Shown: positions 28,556 through 38,663 of the stretch, piece by piece
How the letters are laid out: the number at the start of each line of letters is the position of its first letter
How positions within the stretch are numbered: the stretch's first letter is position 1
DNA from: Alphaproteobacteria bacterium
GTDB taxonomy: Bacteria > Pseudomonadota > Alphaproteobacteria > UBA7887
Assembly (NCBI GenBank): GCA_965216755.1
Contig: CBDCGL010000011.1
Span: 1,024,001 to 1,088,000, forward strand
Direction of reading: 5' to 3'
DNA: 64,000 nt
Notes under the pieces: generated by a model
Database searches by the model: none
Told to the model about the DNA's origin: nothing
What the model saw: the letters and a program-made list of their open reading frames with translations, nothing else
Translations under genes and position numbers: made by a program

Positions 28556-29779
28556 TCAGTAAGAGCGGGGCATCCCCAGCACATTTTGGCCAACATAGGC
28601 TAGGACCAAATTGGTCGAAATCGGCGCGATCTGATAAAGGCGCGCTTCGCGGAATTTGCGCTCGATGTCGTATTCCTCCGCAAATCCAAAGCCACCATGC
28701 GTTTGTAAGCAGGCTTCGGCGGCATGCCACGAGGCCTCTGATGCCACCAGCTTGGCCATATTGGCTTCGGCACCGCAAGGCATACCGGCATCGAACAACG
28801 TCGCCGCCTTGCGAACCATCATTTCCGCTGCCTCGATTTCCACATGGGCACGCGCGATGGGAAACTGAACGCCTTGGTTCTGCCCGATCGGTCGACCGAA
28901 AACGACACGTTCATTGGCGTACGCGGTTGCCCGATCGACGAAGAATCGGCCGTCACCGAGACATTCAGACGCTATCAAAATGCGCTCGGCGTTCATCCCA
29001 TCGAGGACATAGCTGAAGCCCTCGCCTTCCAAGCCGATCAGGCTGTCGGCGGGAATGCGCAGATCGTCGAAAAACAGCTCTGTCGTGGCATGATTGATCA
29101 TCGTGCGGATCGGTCGGATCGTCAGGCCATTGCCGATCGCCGCCCGCATATCGATCAAAAATACCGACAAGCCGTGGCGACGCGAGCGTACTTGATCCAG
29201 TGGCGTCGTGCGCGCGAGCAACAGCATCAAATCCGAGTGCTCGGCCCGACTGATCCATACTTTTTGACCGTTAACCAGGTAACTGTCGCCATCGCGCACC
29301 GCCGTCGTCTTCAGCTGGGTGGTGTCCGAACCCGTGATTGGCTCGGTCACGCCAAATGCCTGCAGCCGCAACGAACCATCGGCAATGCGCGGCAGATATG
29401 TCCGTTTCTGCGCCTCGGAACCGTGCCGCAAAAGCGTGCCCATGATGTACATCTGCGCATGGCATGCGGCGCCATTGCATCCGGCGCGATGAATTTCCTC
29501 CAAGATCGATGACGATGCGCCAATCGGCAGACCACTGCCGCCATAGGCCTCGGGAATTAGTGCCGCCAGATAGCCAGCTTCAGTCAGAGCTTTGATGAAA
29601 TCTGTTGGATAGGCGCGCTCCCGATCTAGCTCGCGCCAGTAACTGCCGGGGAAGCGCTCACACAATCCGCGTACACCAGCGCGTATCTCGGAGAAAGTCT
29701 CACCGATCGGCACCCCAACATCGGCTGCACCCGCCGCCGCGCTGCTGGCGCCACTCACATCAATGTCACCGCTGGTCAT
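28556..29779 (-). CDS. Acyl-CoA dehydrogenase (clade found in itaconate/methylsuccinate operons)
   Basis: LRLQAFGVTEP, NGQKVWISR, RPIGQNQGVQFP and RLYQIAPISTNL motifs. Confidence 0.88.
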   Translation of the reverse strand: MTSGDIDVSGASSAAAGAADVGVPIGETFSEIRAGVRGLCERFPGSYWRELDRERAYPTDFIKALTEAGYLAALIPEAYGGSGLPIGASSSILEEIHRAGCNGAACHAQMYIMGTLLRHGSEAQKRTYLPRIADGSLRLQAFGVTEPITGSDTTQLKTTAVRDGDSYLVNGQKVWISRAEHSDLMLLLARTTPLDQVRSRRHGLSVFLIDMRAAIGNGLTIRPIRTMINHATTELFFDDLRIPADSLIGLEGEGFSYVLDGMNAERILIASECLGDGRFFVDRATAYANERVVFGRPIGQNQGVQFPIARAHVEIEAAEMMVRKAATLFDAGMPCGAEANMAKLVASEASWHAAEACLQTHGGFGFAEEYDIERKFREARLYQIAPISTNLVLAYVGQNVLGMPRSY

Positions 29780-29962
29780 TCAAACCGCACCGCAAATGTT
29801 GCCGCCGCGCGACGCGCGGTCGGTCCTAAACAGTGCGCAGTCTATCGGCCGACGACATGCGACTCAAGCGTGCCCACCCGTGCCGGACGGGCGGGCAAAC
29901 ATGCATTTTTGGGAGATTATTGGGCGATCCGCAGGTGAAGCGGCACGACCCTGGTTTGACCC

Positions 29963-30256
29963 CTAAATCGTTATATCGAGGCGACCTCCGCGCTGGGCGC
30001 GATCGTCCGGTGCGTCGGGCTCGGATAAACGAACGACCGTTCGCGGTGCGCTATCTTCGGATTTGCGAACCTCGGGCGCGGCGGATTCCTCGGCAGACAC
30101 GGCGCGCGTATCAGCTGAGTTGACTGCCGCCGGGTCATCAGCGGCCCGCTGTGTCTTCTGACGATCCGTCTGCGCCGCCTCCTGCGCCGCCTGGCCCTGC
30201 GTGCCCGCGAAGGGCGACACATTCGAGAACGACGCCGTCGTCTGGTTAATATCCAT
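29963..30256 (-). CDS. Small low-complexity hypothetical protein divergent from fliK
   Basis: 97 aa, A/Q/S/D-rich, RBS gggga. C-terminal RGGRLDITI motif of the kind seen in small flagellar-associated proteins. Confidence 0.65.
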   Translation of the reverse strand: MDINQTTASFSNVSPFAGTQGQAAQEAAQTDRQKTQRAADDPAAVNSADTRAVSAEESAAPEVRKSEDSAPRTVVRLSEPDAPDDRAQRGGRLDITI

Positions 30257-30369
30257 AAACTCTGTCCCCAGGGTGCGTCTGCATCACAAACCAAAGTATC
30301 GTCAGAACACCGTCCGTCAATTCGGACAGGCTGGTTCTGTGCGAGCCATCACAATGAAGACCGAAACAG

Positions 30370-30385
30370 CCGGCAAGAAATGCCG
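30370..30385. promoter_or_regulatory. ftr-like FlbD enhancer site
   Basis: ccggcaagaaatgccg fits the Caulobacter ftr pattern CGGC--AAA--GC-G. About 90-100 bp upstream of a sigma54 promoter. Confidence 0.65.
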
Positions 30386-30469
30386 TGCGGCACGGGTTAC
30401 CCGGCGGAATCAAGCCGCCGCACCAAGCGCGTTAACAAATTTGCAAGCTTTCCCGCGGGTTTACCAAAT

Positions 30470-30485
30470 TGGCCCGGGACTTGCT
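30470..30485 (+). promoter_or_regulatory. Sigma54 -24/-12 promoter of the fliK-flgD-flgE operon
   Basis: TGGCCCGGGACTTGCT has exact GG-N10-GC spacing (consensus TGGCAC-N5-TTGC). Confidence 0.75.
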
Positions 30486-30533
30486 GAATGTCCGGCTGGT
30501 CAAAGCCCTATGCCGCAACAGGATGAAACTGCA

Positions 30534-32174
30534 ATGAACGACATCGCGATCGAAACACGCCCTACGCCGCCGGGCCCGGATCCGGTCCACGGACGCGATC
30601 GCGCGAAGCCAGGACAGGACGCCAGCGCGGCGCCGTTTGCGGCTTTGGTTGCGGCCGCAAGCCCGCAACAGGGCGAACCGACAGAAGCCCGCAATGATGC
30701 GGCACCTGAAAAGCAGGCGACCCCACATTCGAACCCAAATACTGGCCGCGAAGGAACTACCGCACCAGCCGGTGAGCAATCTGAAGCCGCACGTGTGGCG
30801 GCCAACGCCCCGGAATTGAACACCACAAAACGCGGCAAGACACCCGCCCCGTCAGTTCAAACTCCAATCCCGGAGATCAAGTCCGGTCCTTCGCCGCTAC
30901 CTGAGCAAAACCAGAGTATTGCCACTGGCGGTGCCGGCGACGAGGTGAATCGCAACGATAGATTGCAGGTGCCCACAGCCGGGCCCAAGGCAAACGCCGA
31001 TCAGGCCCCGATTCTGACAGCGATAGACGCCGCCAAAGGTGTCGAGGGGCCGGGCAAATCGGCCCCCCTCTCTTTCATAGACGGGGCGCAAGAAACGATC
31101 GAGAAGACAACCAAACCCGAGAGTCGGGCTCAACTGTCCACACCGTCGGCCGCGACAACGGCCGCCACGAAAGTTCAAACCGAATTGCCGAATGAGAATG
31201 GTGGTATCACGAAACCGCTGCCACCTGCCGAGCTACCAGCAACACGACGCGCGCCCTCGACGCCAGGGCCCGCCGGCAGCACGGTCGCCACGACCGCCCC
31301 CGCTTTTGACAGCGACTTGCCGGTCACAGCCAGCAACAACCCGATTGTGGCCGAGATGAATGTTTCACCGCGCGAGAGAATTCGCGCACCGCGAAGCCCA
31401 GCCGAAAAACCGACATCGAAGGCGTTTGCAGTGGGGTCCACGGACGGCGTAGCCAGCGAGAGTCCGAAAACGCTCGGTCGCGCCAACGGCGCGCAGTCGG
31501 GCGCTCCCTCGGCTGTTCTTGAGCAAGCCCTTCAAGAAGCGCGCAATATGGCGGCATCAAACGCGGGCGACACGCGACCCGGCGCAGGCCCCGGCAACGC
31601 TGTGTTCGCGGTTCCGGTGGATAACGCAATTGCGGCCGACAATACGGGCACACAAGCACCGTCAGTCGGATCCGTGGATGGCGTTAGGCTGGGCGGACTG
31701 GCCGGCGAGACCGGTACGCCGGCGATCCGCGCCGGTACCGCGCACCTGCCGGTTGCCGACCAAATCGCGGTTCAGATCACACGCGCCGTCGCCGGTGGTC
31801 AGGGTCAAATCAGAATCCGTCTGCACCCGGCCGAACTTGGCATGATCGACGTCAAATTGGAGATGTCTGATTCGGGCCGCCTGAGCACCACAATCGTAGT
31901 CGAACGACCAGAGACGCTTGATCTGCTGCAACGCGACGCGCGCTCTCTGGAAAAAGCACTTCAACAGGCCGGTCTGGACGCGAACAAAGACAGTTTGAAC
32001 TTCAGCCTGCGCGGCGACGACAACCGCGGCCGTTTCGCTGACGCCGAGACACGTCGCGACAACGGCTCCGACGAGGACAATCCGGCCGCAAGCGAACCCC
32101 AGTTGGATGAATCACAACAGACAAATCCAGCGGCGATGCTGCGCGCGCGCGGCGCCATCGACGTTCATGTTTAA
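30534..32174 (+). CDS. fliK: Flagellar hook-length control protein FliK
   Basis: Long P/A/T-rich region, then IRLHPAELGMIDVKL...ERPETLDLLQRDARSLEKALQQAGL. Lies upstream of flgD. Start placed downstream of the sigma54 promoter (30510 is also possible). Confidence 0.9.
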   Translation: MNDIAIETRPTPPGPDPVHGRDRAKPGQDASAAPFAALVAAASPQQGEPTEARNDAAPEKQATPHSNPNTGREGTTAPAGEQSEAARVAANAPELNTTKRGKTPAPSVQTPIPEIKSGPSPLPEQNQSIATGGAGDEVNRNDRLQVPTAGPKANADQAPILTAIDAAKGVEGPGKSAPLSFIDGAQETIEKTTKPESRAQLSTPSAATTAATKVQTELPNENGGITKPLPPAELPATRRAPSTPGPAGSTVATTAPAFDSDLPVTASNNPIVAEMNVSPRERIRAPRSPAEKPTSKAFAVGSTDGVASESPKTLGRANGAQSGAPSAVLEQALQEARNMAASNAGDTRPGAGPGNAVFAVPVDNAIAADNTGTQAPSVGSVDGVRLGGLAGETGTPAIRAGTAHLPVADQIAVQITRAVAGGQGQIRIRLHPAELGMIDVKLEMSDSGRLSTTIVVERPETLDLLQRDARSLEKALQQAGLDANKDSLNFSLRGDDNRGRFADAETRRDNGSDEDNPAASEPQLDESQQTNPAAMLRARGAIDVHV

Positions 32175-32198
32175 GCATTAGTAAAGGAACTCGGTACC

Positions 32199-32888
32199 GT
32201 GGAAGAGATCTCGGGCGTCACGAATAGCCAAGTGCAACAGGCGTCGGCCCTCGCTGGCTCGACCCTGGCCAAGAATTTCGACACGTTTCTGACGTTGCTG
32301 ACCACACAGCTCCGCCATCAAGATCCGCTTTCGCCCATGGATTCGACGGAGTTCACCAATCAGCTCGTCTCGTTTGCCGGCGTCGAGCAGCAAATCAATC
32401 AAAACAAAAACTTAGAAAACTTGATCGCACTTCAAAAGGCAAACCGGGCCGCTACCGCCGTGTCGTTCCTGGGCACCCGGATCGAGGCTCCTGGTAGCAC
32501 GACGATGCTGGATAACGGGACCGCTGAGTGGACTTACACATTAAACAGCAATGCCGACCAAGTCGCGCTGACAGTCACCGACAAGGCCGGCAACGTCGTT
32601 TACCTGAACGATGGACCCAACAGCGTTGGCAGCCACGGCTTCGCATGGGATGGCCGGGACCTATTCGGCAATCAGCTGCCCGAAGGTGAGTACACCCTGA
32701 ACGTGACGGCAACGGATTCTGACGGCAACTCGATACCGGTCCAGACCGGTATCATCGGGACCGTGACCGGCATGCAAACCGCTGATGATGACATTTTCCT
32801 CTATATCGGCGGGATCAGCGTGCGACTGAGCGATATCACCTCGGTCAAGGCGGCGTTGCCGTCCAACAATAACCAACCATCGGCTTAA
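32199..32888 (+). CDS. flgD: Flagellar hook capping protein FlgD
   Basis: FLTLLTTQLRHQDPLSPMDSTEFTNQL and FAWDGRD...LPEGEY motifs. Confidence 0.96.
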   Translation: MEEISGVTNSQVQQASALAGSTLAKNFDTFLTLLTTQLRHQDPLSPMDSTEFTNQLVSFAGVEQQINQNKNLENLIALQKANRAATAVSFLGTRIEAPGSTTMLDNGTAEWTYTLNSNADQVALTVTDKAGNVVYLNDGPNSVGSHGFAWDGRDLFGNQLPEGEYTLNVTATDSDGNSIPVQTGIIGTVTGMQTADDDIFLYIGGISVRLSDITSVKAALPSNNNQPSA

Positions 32889-32952
32889 GTGAGCCCAAGC
32901 AGATGAAACCAAAAACTCTGCGTTTTCAATATCTTAACAAGGAGAACATGAG

Positions 32953-34290
32953 ATGAGTCTCTATGGCGCATTGTTCACCGGCGTGACCGGACTTGGGGCT
33001 CAGAGCCAAGCGATGGGGATGATTTCCGACAACATCGCCAACGTCAACACGGTCGGCTATAAGCGCACGACGGCCCGTTTTTCGACGCTGGTGACTAGCA
33101 CCAGCACGATCAACACATTCTCGCCCGGCGGTGTCCGTTCCAAACCGTTCGCACTGATTGCACAACAGGGTCAATTGTCGACCACGCAGTCCGACCTGGA
33201 CGCGGCCGTCGTCGGCAAGGGATTCTTCGTCATCAATCAACAGGCGGACCAAAGCGGTGAGACGTTATATACCCGCGCTGGCTCCTTCACCCCGGACGCG
33301 ACCGGAAATCTACGCAACACGGCAGGTTATTATCTACAGGGTTGGCCGCTCGATGCGAATGGCAATATTCCGGCCTCGTCGGCCGATTTGAGCAGCCTGC
33401 AGACGGTCAACGTGTCGGCCGTCAGCGGTGTCGCTTCGGAAACAACGACAGTCGCGATCGGCGCCAACCTCGACGCAAGCCAAACGACCTATGCCGGCGC
33501 ATATGCCGTCGGTGACATGGCTGCTGGTACCGTTACGCCGCACTTCTTCCGGAATTTCATCATCTATGACAGCCTCGGCAGCTCCCACGAACTGACCGCA
33601 GGCTACTTGAAAACCGGCACGAATACCTGGGCGGTCGAAGTCTATGCGGCAGTGCCCGCGGAGCTGCAGGCGCCGACCACGAACCCGCTGGCGACCGGCA
33701 ACATGATCTTCAATGGCGATGCCACCCTCGATGCCGACGCCGCCGGCGCCACCATCGGCACGTATAACGCCACCACGGGCGCACTCGAGACAACATTAGG
33801 GATCAACTGGGCCAATGGCGCATCAGCCACTTCGGCCACGCTGGATTGGGGCACCAATGATCAAAATGATGGCCTGACCCAGTTCGACTCGCAGTTCAAC
33901 GTGTCGTTCGTCAATCAAAACGGCGCCGCGGTCGGTTTGCTCAGCAGTGTCGCCATCGATACCGATGGATTTGTGGTCGCGTCCTTCACCAACGGCGAAA
34001 CGCAACAGCTCTACAAACTGCCGCTCGCCACATTCTCGGACCCGTCATCGCTGACCGCGCGCGAGGGCAATGCCTATGCTGAGACCAATCTGTCCGGCAG
34101 CTTCAACTTGCGCGAGGCCAAAACCGGTGGCGCGGGCGCTTTTGTGCCGGCGGCGCTGGAATCTTCGAACGTTGATATTGCGCAAGAGTTCACGGACATG
34201 ATTGTGACCCAGCGTGCTTATTCCGCCAGCACACGTGTCATCACGACCGTCGATCAAATGCTCGACGAGTTGCTGCGACTGCGGCGGTAA
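32953..34290 (+). CDS. flgE: Flagellar hook protein FlgE
   Basis: SDNIANVNTVGYK, YTRAGSF, YDSLG and LESSNVDIAQEFTDMIVTQRAY motifs. Confidence 0.97.
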   Translation: MSLYGALFTGVTGLGAQSQAMGMISDNIANVNTVGYKRTTARFSTLVTSTSTINTFSPGGVRSKPFALIAQQGQLSTTQSDLDAAVVGKGFFVINQQADQSGETLYTRAGSFTPDATGNLRNTAGYYLQGWPLDANGNIPASSADLSSLQTVNVSAVSGVASETTTVAIGANLDASQTTYAGAYAVGDMAAGTVTPHFFRNFIIYDSLGSSHELTAGYLKTGTNTWAVEVYAAVPAELQAPTTNPLATGNMIFNGDATLDADAAGATIGTYNATTGALETTLGINWANGASATSATLDWGTNDQNDGLTQFDSQFNVSFVNQNGAAVGLLSSVAIDTDGFVVASFTNGETQQLYKLPLATFSDPSSLTAREGNAYAETNLSGSFNLREAKTGGAGAFVPAALESSNVDIAQEFTDMIVTQRAYSASTRVITTVDQMLDELLRLRR

Positions 34291-34330
34291 TCTTCTTAGC
34301 GTCAACCCAGTCCCCCAGGGCGACGCTGCG

Positions 34331-34361
34331 GGGCCGAGCAATAGCTCGGCCCCATTTTTTT
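34331..34361 (+). terminator. Rho-independent terminator after flgE
   Basis: Stem gggccgagc / gctcggccc, loop aata, followed by a and then T8. Confidence 0.85.
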
Positions 34362-34435
34362 ATTCGAATCAATAATTTGTGACAAAAACTGGAACGTTTG
34401 CAGCAGCGTTGGTTTGACGCTGGGTTCGGCCGTCG

Positions 34436-34450
34436 TTAGCACTGTCTTAA
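34436..34450 (+). promoter_or_regulatory. CtrA-like box upstream of sciP
   Basis: TTAG-N7-TTAA (ttagcactgtcttaa), against consensus TTAA-N7-TTAA. sciP is a known CtrA target. Confidence 0.5.
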
Positions 34451-34505
34451 GGGCAGCAACGTACAATTGCGTTGATCAAATAAGACATAAAGATAATTGC
34501 AAGTA

Positions 34506-34751
34506 ATGGTCGAGCGCCTCGCCTTCACCACAGTCAACGACAAAGTCACTTTGCTGACCCCGGACCGGTTGCCGCCCGCGGACCTACGGCGTTGGGTTGC
34601 CCGGCGTAAAGCCGACGTGGTGACCGCCGTGCGGGTCGGTCTACTCACCAAGGTTGAAGCCTGTCGCCGTTATGACTTGTCACTTGAAGAGTACGAGTCG
34701 TGGGAGAAAGCCTACTTCGACCGCGGTTTACCCGGCCTGCGCGTGACCTAA
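34506..34751 (+). CDS. sciP: CtrA inhibitor SciP (DUF1153)
   Basis: LPP...RRWVARRKADVV.AVR.GLL...EAC.RY.LS.EE..SW......G..GLRVT pattern. It occupies the conserved position before fliF. Confidence 0.88.
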   Translation: MVERLAFTTVNDKVTLLTPDRLPPADLRRWVARRKADVVTAVRVGLLTKVEACRRYDLSLEEYESWEKAYFDRGLPGLRVT

Positions 34752-34884
34752 GCGGGCAAGAGTACGCGCGAACCTTCCGACCAGCCGCCGGTGACAAAAT
34801 ATACGCCGGCAATCGATCTCAAGTCGGCCGCCCACGTCGACCGCCGTAGATGTATGCCGCAGCCCTTCGACATGGCAAATAAAC

Positions 34885-34915
34885 CGCAGAATTCTGCGCT
34901 TAACTGGTTATTCAC
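34885..34915 (+). promoter_or_regulatory. fliF class II promoter region: ftr-like palindrome plus CtrA box
   Basis: Perfect palindrome cgcagaattctgcg (34885-34898) immediately followed by TTAA-N7-TTCAC (34900-34915). Confidence 0.6.
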
Positions 34916-35010
34916 GCTCGCTGTCGAGAATAACAAAAAGGTCGTAAACCGGCCCCATCGGGCGTGCTTGTCCGATCGGGCGAACCAGTACAGGGCGAAG
35001 GTCGTTTTCA

Positions 35011-36684
35011 GTGGGTGGATTGTCACACACCTTGCGCGCGCTAGGCCCGATGCGGCTTCTGGCGATGGGAATCGTCGGGCTGAGCATGCTCGGATTCTTC
35101 GCCTACTTGGCCACGCGCTTGACCGCGCCAGACTTCGCCCTCCTCTATGGAAATCTGCCGCCTGATGAAAGCGGAGAAATCGTCAGCCAACTTGAAAGCA
35201 TGGGCGTGCCCTACCAGCTTGCCGCCAATGGCACGCAGATATTGGTGCCGGGCGACCAAGTTCTGCGCCTTCGCGTTGGATTGGCGGAGCAAGGATTACC
35301 GTCCGGTGGCTCGATCGGTTACGAAGTTTTCGATGATGGCAGCAGCCTGGGCACCACCAGCTTTGTACAAAATGTCAATCTGCTGAGAGCCATTGAAGGC
35401 GAACTCGGGCGTACGATCGGTGCCCTCGACCCGGTGCGTAGCGCCCGCGTTCATGTGGTCTTGCCCCGACGGGAGTTGTTTCAGCGAGACGGCAACGAGC
35501 CGACCGCATCCGTTTTTCTGCGCTTGCGAAGCGGCAACCTGGGCCCGAGCCTGGTGGCCGCGATCCAACATTTGGTGGCGGCGGCGGTGCCGGGCCTGGA
35601 AACCAACCGAGTCGCAATCGTCGATGGCCGTGGCAATTTGCTGGCCAGTGGCGAAGACAATGGCGATGAAGTCGGTGTCATGGCAACCCGCGCCGCCGAA
35701 TACCAACGGAATGTCGAACGCCAGTTCAAGCAGACTATCGAGCAACTCATTCAACAGTCCGTCGGCCCCGGGAAAGTGCGCGCCGAAGTCGCCGCCGAGA
35801 TCAATTTTGACCGAACGACGATCAACGAAGAACTCTACGATCCGGACGGACAAGTCGTCAGGTCGACGCAGACAATCGAAGATAGCGCGAACAGCACTGA
35901 GGGCGACGAACAGGTTTCGGTCGGCAATAACTTGCCTGATTCAGACAATAGCGAAGGTGGCATCGAAAGTCAGACCAGCAGCTTGCGCACTGAGGAAACC
36001 GTCAATTTCGAGATCTCGCGTACGATCCGCAATCAGATTCAGGAAACCGGCAGCATAGAAAGGCTGTCGATTGCTGTGCTTGTCGACGGTATCTATAGCG
36101 TAAACGCGGAGACGGAAGAGCGGACATATCAACCACGCGGCGACGAAGAGCTCCAGCAAATTGAAGCGCTGGTCCGATCGGCCGTCGGCTTTGACGAAAA
36201 GCGTGGCGACACGATCGAAGTGGCCAATCTTCAATTTGCTGAGATCGACGAGCTGCCCGCCGAAGACGTGCCGTTACTGGGCTTGAGCAAAACCGACTAT
36301 TTCAAGATCGCCGAAATCGTCGTACTGGCCATCGTCGCCATTTTGGTCATCCTTCTGGTTCTGCGGCCAATGGTTAGCCGGATCCTGGCCGGAGTCGCCG
36401 AAGGCCGCGCGCAGGCCGCCGCTGTCCTGGGCCAACCCGCTGCCGCACCGGGCCAACCGCAGTTGGCCGCGCCCACTGGCGATCCAGCTCTGGCAGCCGC
36501 TCCGGCCGCCCAACTGGTTGCTCCGGCCGACGAAGTCGAACCGGAGTCGATGATCGATATCTCCAAAGTCGAAGGACGGGTGCGCGCGTCATCGGTGCGC
36601 AAGATCGGTGAAATTATCGACAAGCACCCGGACGAAGCATTGACAATCTTGCGCGGTTGGATGACCGAGAGCCCGCACAACTGA
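35011..36684 (+). CDS. fliF: Flagellar MS-ring protein FliF
   Basis: [32 protein letters not shown] and GFDEKRGD motifs; two TM segments. Confidence 0.97.
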   Translation: MGGLSHTLRALGPMRLLAMGIVGLSMLGFFAYLATRLTAPDFALLYGNLPPDESGEIVSQLESMGVPYQLAANGTQILVPGDQVLRLRVGLAEQGLPSGGSIGYEVFDDGSSLGTTSFVQNVNLLRAIEGELGRTIGALDPVRSARVHVVLPRRELFQRDGNEPTASVFLRLRSGNLGPSLVAAIQHLVAAAVPGLETNRVAIVDGRGNLLASGEDNGDEVGVMATRAAEYQRNVERQFKQTIEQLIQQSVGPGKVRAEVAAEINFDRTTINEELYDPDGQVVRSTQTIEDSANSTEGDEQVSVGNNLPDSDNSEGGIESQTSSLRTEETVNFEISRTIRNQIQETGSIERLSIAVLVDGIYSVNAETEERTYQPRGDEELQQIEALVRSAVGFDEKRGDTIEVANLQFAEIDELPAEDVPLLGLSKTDYFKIAEIVVLAIVAILVILLVLRPMVSRILAGVAEGRAQAAAVLGQPAAAPGQPQLAAPTGDPALAAAPAAQLVAPADEVEPESMIDISKVEGRVRASSVRKIGEIIDKHPDEALTILRGWMTESPHN

Positions 36685-36709
36685 GGCAAAGAGTGGACAC
36701 GATTTGAAA

Positions 36710-37726
36710 ATGGCAGCGCCCATTCATGATTATCGGTCGTTGAGCGGTCCGCAAAAAGCGGCGATCGTCGTGCTCTCGCTCGATCAAGATCGGGTCGCGC
36801 GGTTGTTCGAGCTTATGGACATGGAGGAAATCAAAGAGATTTCCTCAACAATGTCACAGCTTGGCGGGGTTGCGTCAGAAGTGGTGGAGCGGCTGTATGT
36901 TGACTTTGTCGATCAAATCGCGGGCACCGGATCATTGCGGGGTTCATTCGACTCAACCGAACGCTTGCTCCGCAACACGCTGCCGGACGAACGGGTCACT
37001 GAGATCATGGAGGAGCTGCGCGGTCCGGCCGGTCGAACCATGTGGGACAAGCTTGGCAACGTAAATGAGAGCGTGCTGGCAAACTATCTAAAGAACGAGT
37101 ATCCGCAAACCGTTGCCGTTGTCTTGTCAAAGGTTCGATCGGAACATGCCGCGCGCGTGCTTGGTTTGTTGCCCGATGACTTTTCGGTTGAGGTCGTCAT
37201 GCGCATGCTGCGCATGGAAACGGTGCAAAAGGAAATTCTCGAAGACGTCGAACGAACACTCCGTATCGAGTTTATGAGCAATCTCGCTGCAACCACGCGG
37301 CGCGACGCCCATGAACTCATGGCCGATATCTTCAACAATTTCGACCGCGCCTCGGAAGCCCGCTTCATGCAAGCGCTGGAGGAACGCGACCGTGAAGCGG
37401 CGGAGCGCATCAAGGCCCTGATGTATACGTTTGAGGACCTTGGCAAATTGGATCCTACCGGCGTGCAAACGCTGTTGCGGCATATCGACAAAGATAAGTT
37501 AGGACTTGCACTAAAAGGTGCCTCAGAAGAACTGCGCAACCTATTCTTTTCGAATATGTCTGAGCGCGCGGCCAAGATCTTACGTGAAGATATGGAAGCA
37601 ATGGGCCCCGTGCGCCTGAGCGACGTCGACGAATCCCAAGCTGAGATCGTCAATCAGGCCAAGGAATTGGCTGCGTCCGGTGAACTGATGATGGCCGGAT
37701 CTGGTGATGACGAGTTGGTCTATTAG
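36710..37726 (+). CDS. fliG: Flagellar motor switch protein FliG
   Basis: [26 protein letters not shown] and NMSERAA...[10 protein letters not shown] motifs. Confidence 0.97.
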   Translation: MAAPIHDYRSLSGPQKAAIVVLSLDQDRVARLFELMDMEEIKEISSTMSQLGGVASEVVERLYVDFVDQIAGTGSLRGSFDSTERLLRNTLPDERVTEIMEELRGPAGRTMWDKLGNVNESVLANYLKNEYPQTVAVVLSKVRSEHAARVLGLLPDDFSVEVVMRMLRMETVQKEILEDVERTLRIEFMSNLAATTRRDAHELMADIFNNFDRASEARFMQALEERDREAAERIKALMYTFEDLGKLDPTGVQTLLRHIDKDKLGLALKGASEELRNLFFSNMSERAAKILREDMEAMGPVRLSDVDESQAEIVNQAKELAASGELMMAGSGDDELVY

Positions 37727-37749
37727 TATGCAAATGAGTTTGAACTAAA

Positions 37750-38661
37750 ATGTGTCCATCGATTCCAGGCCAAATCGACCCCGCTGCTTTCGGTTTTGAC
37801 ACGATTCTCGATGGTGAAAGGACCAGTGATCGTGCGCAACGCCGCGAGCGACAGAGGCCGGTTCATACGGACTCGGATCTTGTTGCCGCGCGCGAGCAGG
37901 CTTTCGCCGATGGTGTTGCCGAAGGCCAGCGCCGCGTCATCGCGAGCTTGGAGCAGGACTCGGTACACGTTATGCAACGTATCGCCAGTGGCGTAGAGGC
38001 TCTGCGGTCCGTCGACGCAGTGGCAAGACAGGCCAGCACAAGCGATGTCGCCACAGTTTCGATGGCAATTGCAAAGCAACTTGCCGGCGCCGCGCTTGCA
38101 GGAGATTCCTTGTCGGTGATCGAACCGGTGATAACGGACTGCCTCGATCGCCTTTACGGTGAAACAGTACTCGTCGTACGGGTGCATCCAGATCTCGTCG
38201 ATCCCTTGCAGCATCGAATCACGAAATCCGAGTTTGCTAGCGGATTTGCGGCTGAAGTCCAAATCTCTGCGGGCCATGACCTCGCGCGCGGTGACTGCCG
38301 CGTTGAATGGCGTGGCGGCTGTGCCGAACGCGTTCAGCGAACGACCTGGGCCGACGTTGAAACGGTCGTTGCGCGCTATATCGCATTCGACGAAACCGCG
38401 GAGACCCCGACGGTAGACGTCGTGGAGTCGACAGATGAGCCCATCGCAACCCCTGAACCAGAAATTGATATGACCACGCCGGCGCAAGAGGTGTTGCCGC
38501 CGGTCTTGGACGAGACGCTTGCGGAGGTCCTGGGGCCAGAGATCCGCGACGCGATGGCCGCGGCGCAACGCATCGCCGGCTCAGACGATCCAGCCGAGGC
38601 CGAGGTCACACCTTCCCAAGCCCCCCCCGATAACCAGACCCGCACGGGTACCGAGAGCTAA
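37750..38661 (+). CDS. fliH: Flagellar assembly protein FliH (FlbE) with an acidic C-terminal extension
   Basis: AFADGVAEG, VVRVHP and GDCRVEWRGG motifs. Located between fliG and fliN. Confidence 0.8.
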   Translation: MCPSIPGQIDPAAFGFDTILDGERTSDRAQRRERQRPVHTDSDLVAAREQAFADGVAEGQRRVIASLEQDSVHVMQRIASGVEALRSVDAVARQASTSDVATVSMAIAKQLAGAALAGDSLSVIEPVITDCLDRLYGETVLVVRVHPDLVDPLQHRITKSEFASGFAAEVQISAGHDLARGDCRVEWRGGCAERVQRTTWADVETVVARYIAFDETAETPTVDVVESTDEPIATPEPEIDMTTPAQEVLPPVLDETLAEVLGPEIRDAMAAAQRIAGSDDPAEAEVTPSQAPPDNQTRTGTES

Positions 38662-38663
38662 CC

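Noticed and set aside
30201-30533. ORF-track N-terminal extension of fliK (similar extensions at 2135, 4435, 7381, 7584, 19074, 56084 and 59403)
   Set aside because: The extensions overlap promoters or neighbouring genes. Downstream starts with an RBS and family-typical N-termini were preferred.
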